From Candidatus Nanoarchaeia archaeon (GTDB lineage Archaea; Nanobdellota; Nanobdellia; SCGC-AAA011-G17; GW2011-AR20), in the NCBI GenBank assembly GCA_035288805.1, contig DATDZG010000023.1:15669-79668 (forward strand): DNA of 64,000 bases. Reading direction: 5' to 3'. This document shows, one piece after another, positions 63,661 to 64,000 of the stretch. The first letter of the stretch is position 1. Each line of letters starts with the position of its first letter. The translations under genes were made by a program, and so were the position numbers. The notes under the pieces are model-generated. The model searched no databases. It was given only the letters and a program-made list of their open reading frames with translations, and was not told where the DNA came from.

Positions 63661-63731
63661 GGGTTGATATGTTCAGCTTTGCTGAACACTTGTTACTTTA
63701 GTAACATAGAGGGCATCGCTGGTGCCCTTAT
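63661..63731 (+). repeat. composite element: gggttgata (family-C left half) + tgttcagc-ttt-gctgaaca (family-B-type hairpin) + gttac-ttt-gtaac hairpin + agggca-tcgctgg-tgccctta (family-C right half), immediately before a start codon
   Basis: Direct reading. Shares the cgctgg loop core with 14207-14220. Confidence 0.4.
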
Positions 63732-63744
63732 GGAGGAGGTTAAA

Positions 63745-63921
63745 ATGAACACAATATCCCAAACCCAAAATCTGCCCTGGAGTAAATCCTCCGGGTATAA
63801 ACAACAAAACCTCATTGAAAGAGGCATAGAACGCATAAGGCAAACAAAACCCATCAAAATGCTGAGGAAAACCCAGCTAGAGATGCTGCAAGGCTTTAAA
63901 GAAGCAGGAGAAGCAAAATGA
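63745..63921 (+). CDS. small hypothetical protein
   Basis: GGAGGAGGT SD-like sequence 5 nt upstream of ATG 63745 (an in-frame ATG also exists at 63730). ATGA overlap with the next ORF, which runs off the window. Confidence 0.3.
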   Translation: MNTISQTQNLPWSKSSGYKQQNLIERGIERIRQTKPIKMLRKTQLEMLQGFKEAGEAK

Positions 63922-64000
63922 GCCCATACTCAAAATCCAATATTGAACTCTTGCAAGAGTTTGATGAAATCTCTCCTGAAGAGCAGGGTTTTATGCTAGG

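Overview
AT-rich (~33% GC) archaeal chromosome segment, probably from a DPANN-like archaeon. The archaeal assignment rests on ribosomal protein L15e, TFE, Orc1/Cdc6, an archaeal-type ProRS, TATA-box promoters that look leaderless, and a tRNA with a canonical-position intron. Several genes are clearly bacterial-like: a 590-aa AspRS with a GAD insertion, Vsr, a Dcm-like MTase, and a beta-barrel-like secreted protein.

Coding is dense on both strands. Translation-related genes: aspS, gatC, gatA, gatB, proS, tgt, rpl15e, and two M29 aminopeptidases plus one M42. An arginine-deiminase-type block holds carbamate kinase, a P-loop protein and an OTC-like gene. A large envelope block (39.1-58.5 kb) encodes Cys-rich or glycosylated surface proteins, including an 1824-aa giant ORF, together with HtrA-, DsbA-, Grx- and Trx-like proteins and a Ca-type P-type ATPase.

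Accessory content: three VapBC/DUF4258-DUF2283 TA pairs; two MNT/HEPN modules and an ASCH gene wedged inside the gatCAB operon; an m5C R-M system with Vsr; one IS200/IS605 tnpA element; a GC-rich GIY-YIG island; and a Bro-N/DinD-like gene next to a transmembrane protein with a cytoplasmic HNH nuclease.

The most unusual signals: (i) that membrane-spanning HNH protein, which shares a promoter-proximal motif with the Dcm gene; and (ii) at least three families of small conserved hairpin elements in intergenic regions that show compensatory base changes. These look like candidate novel ncRNA, terminator or regulatory modules. There is also a 31-nt x3 tandem array of T-rich repeats.

All protein-family calls are from motif recognition by eye. 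No database search was run.
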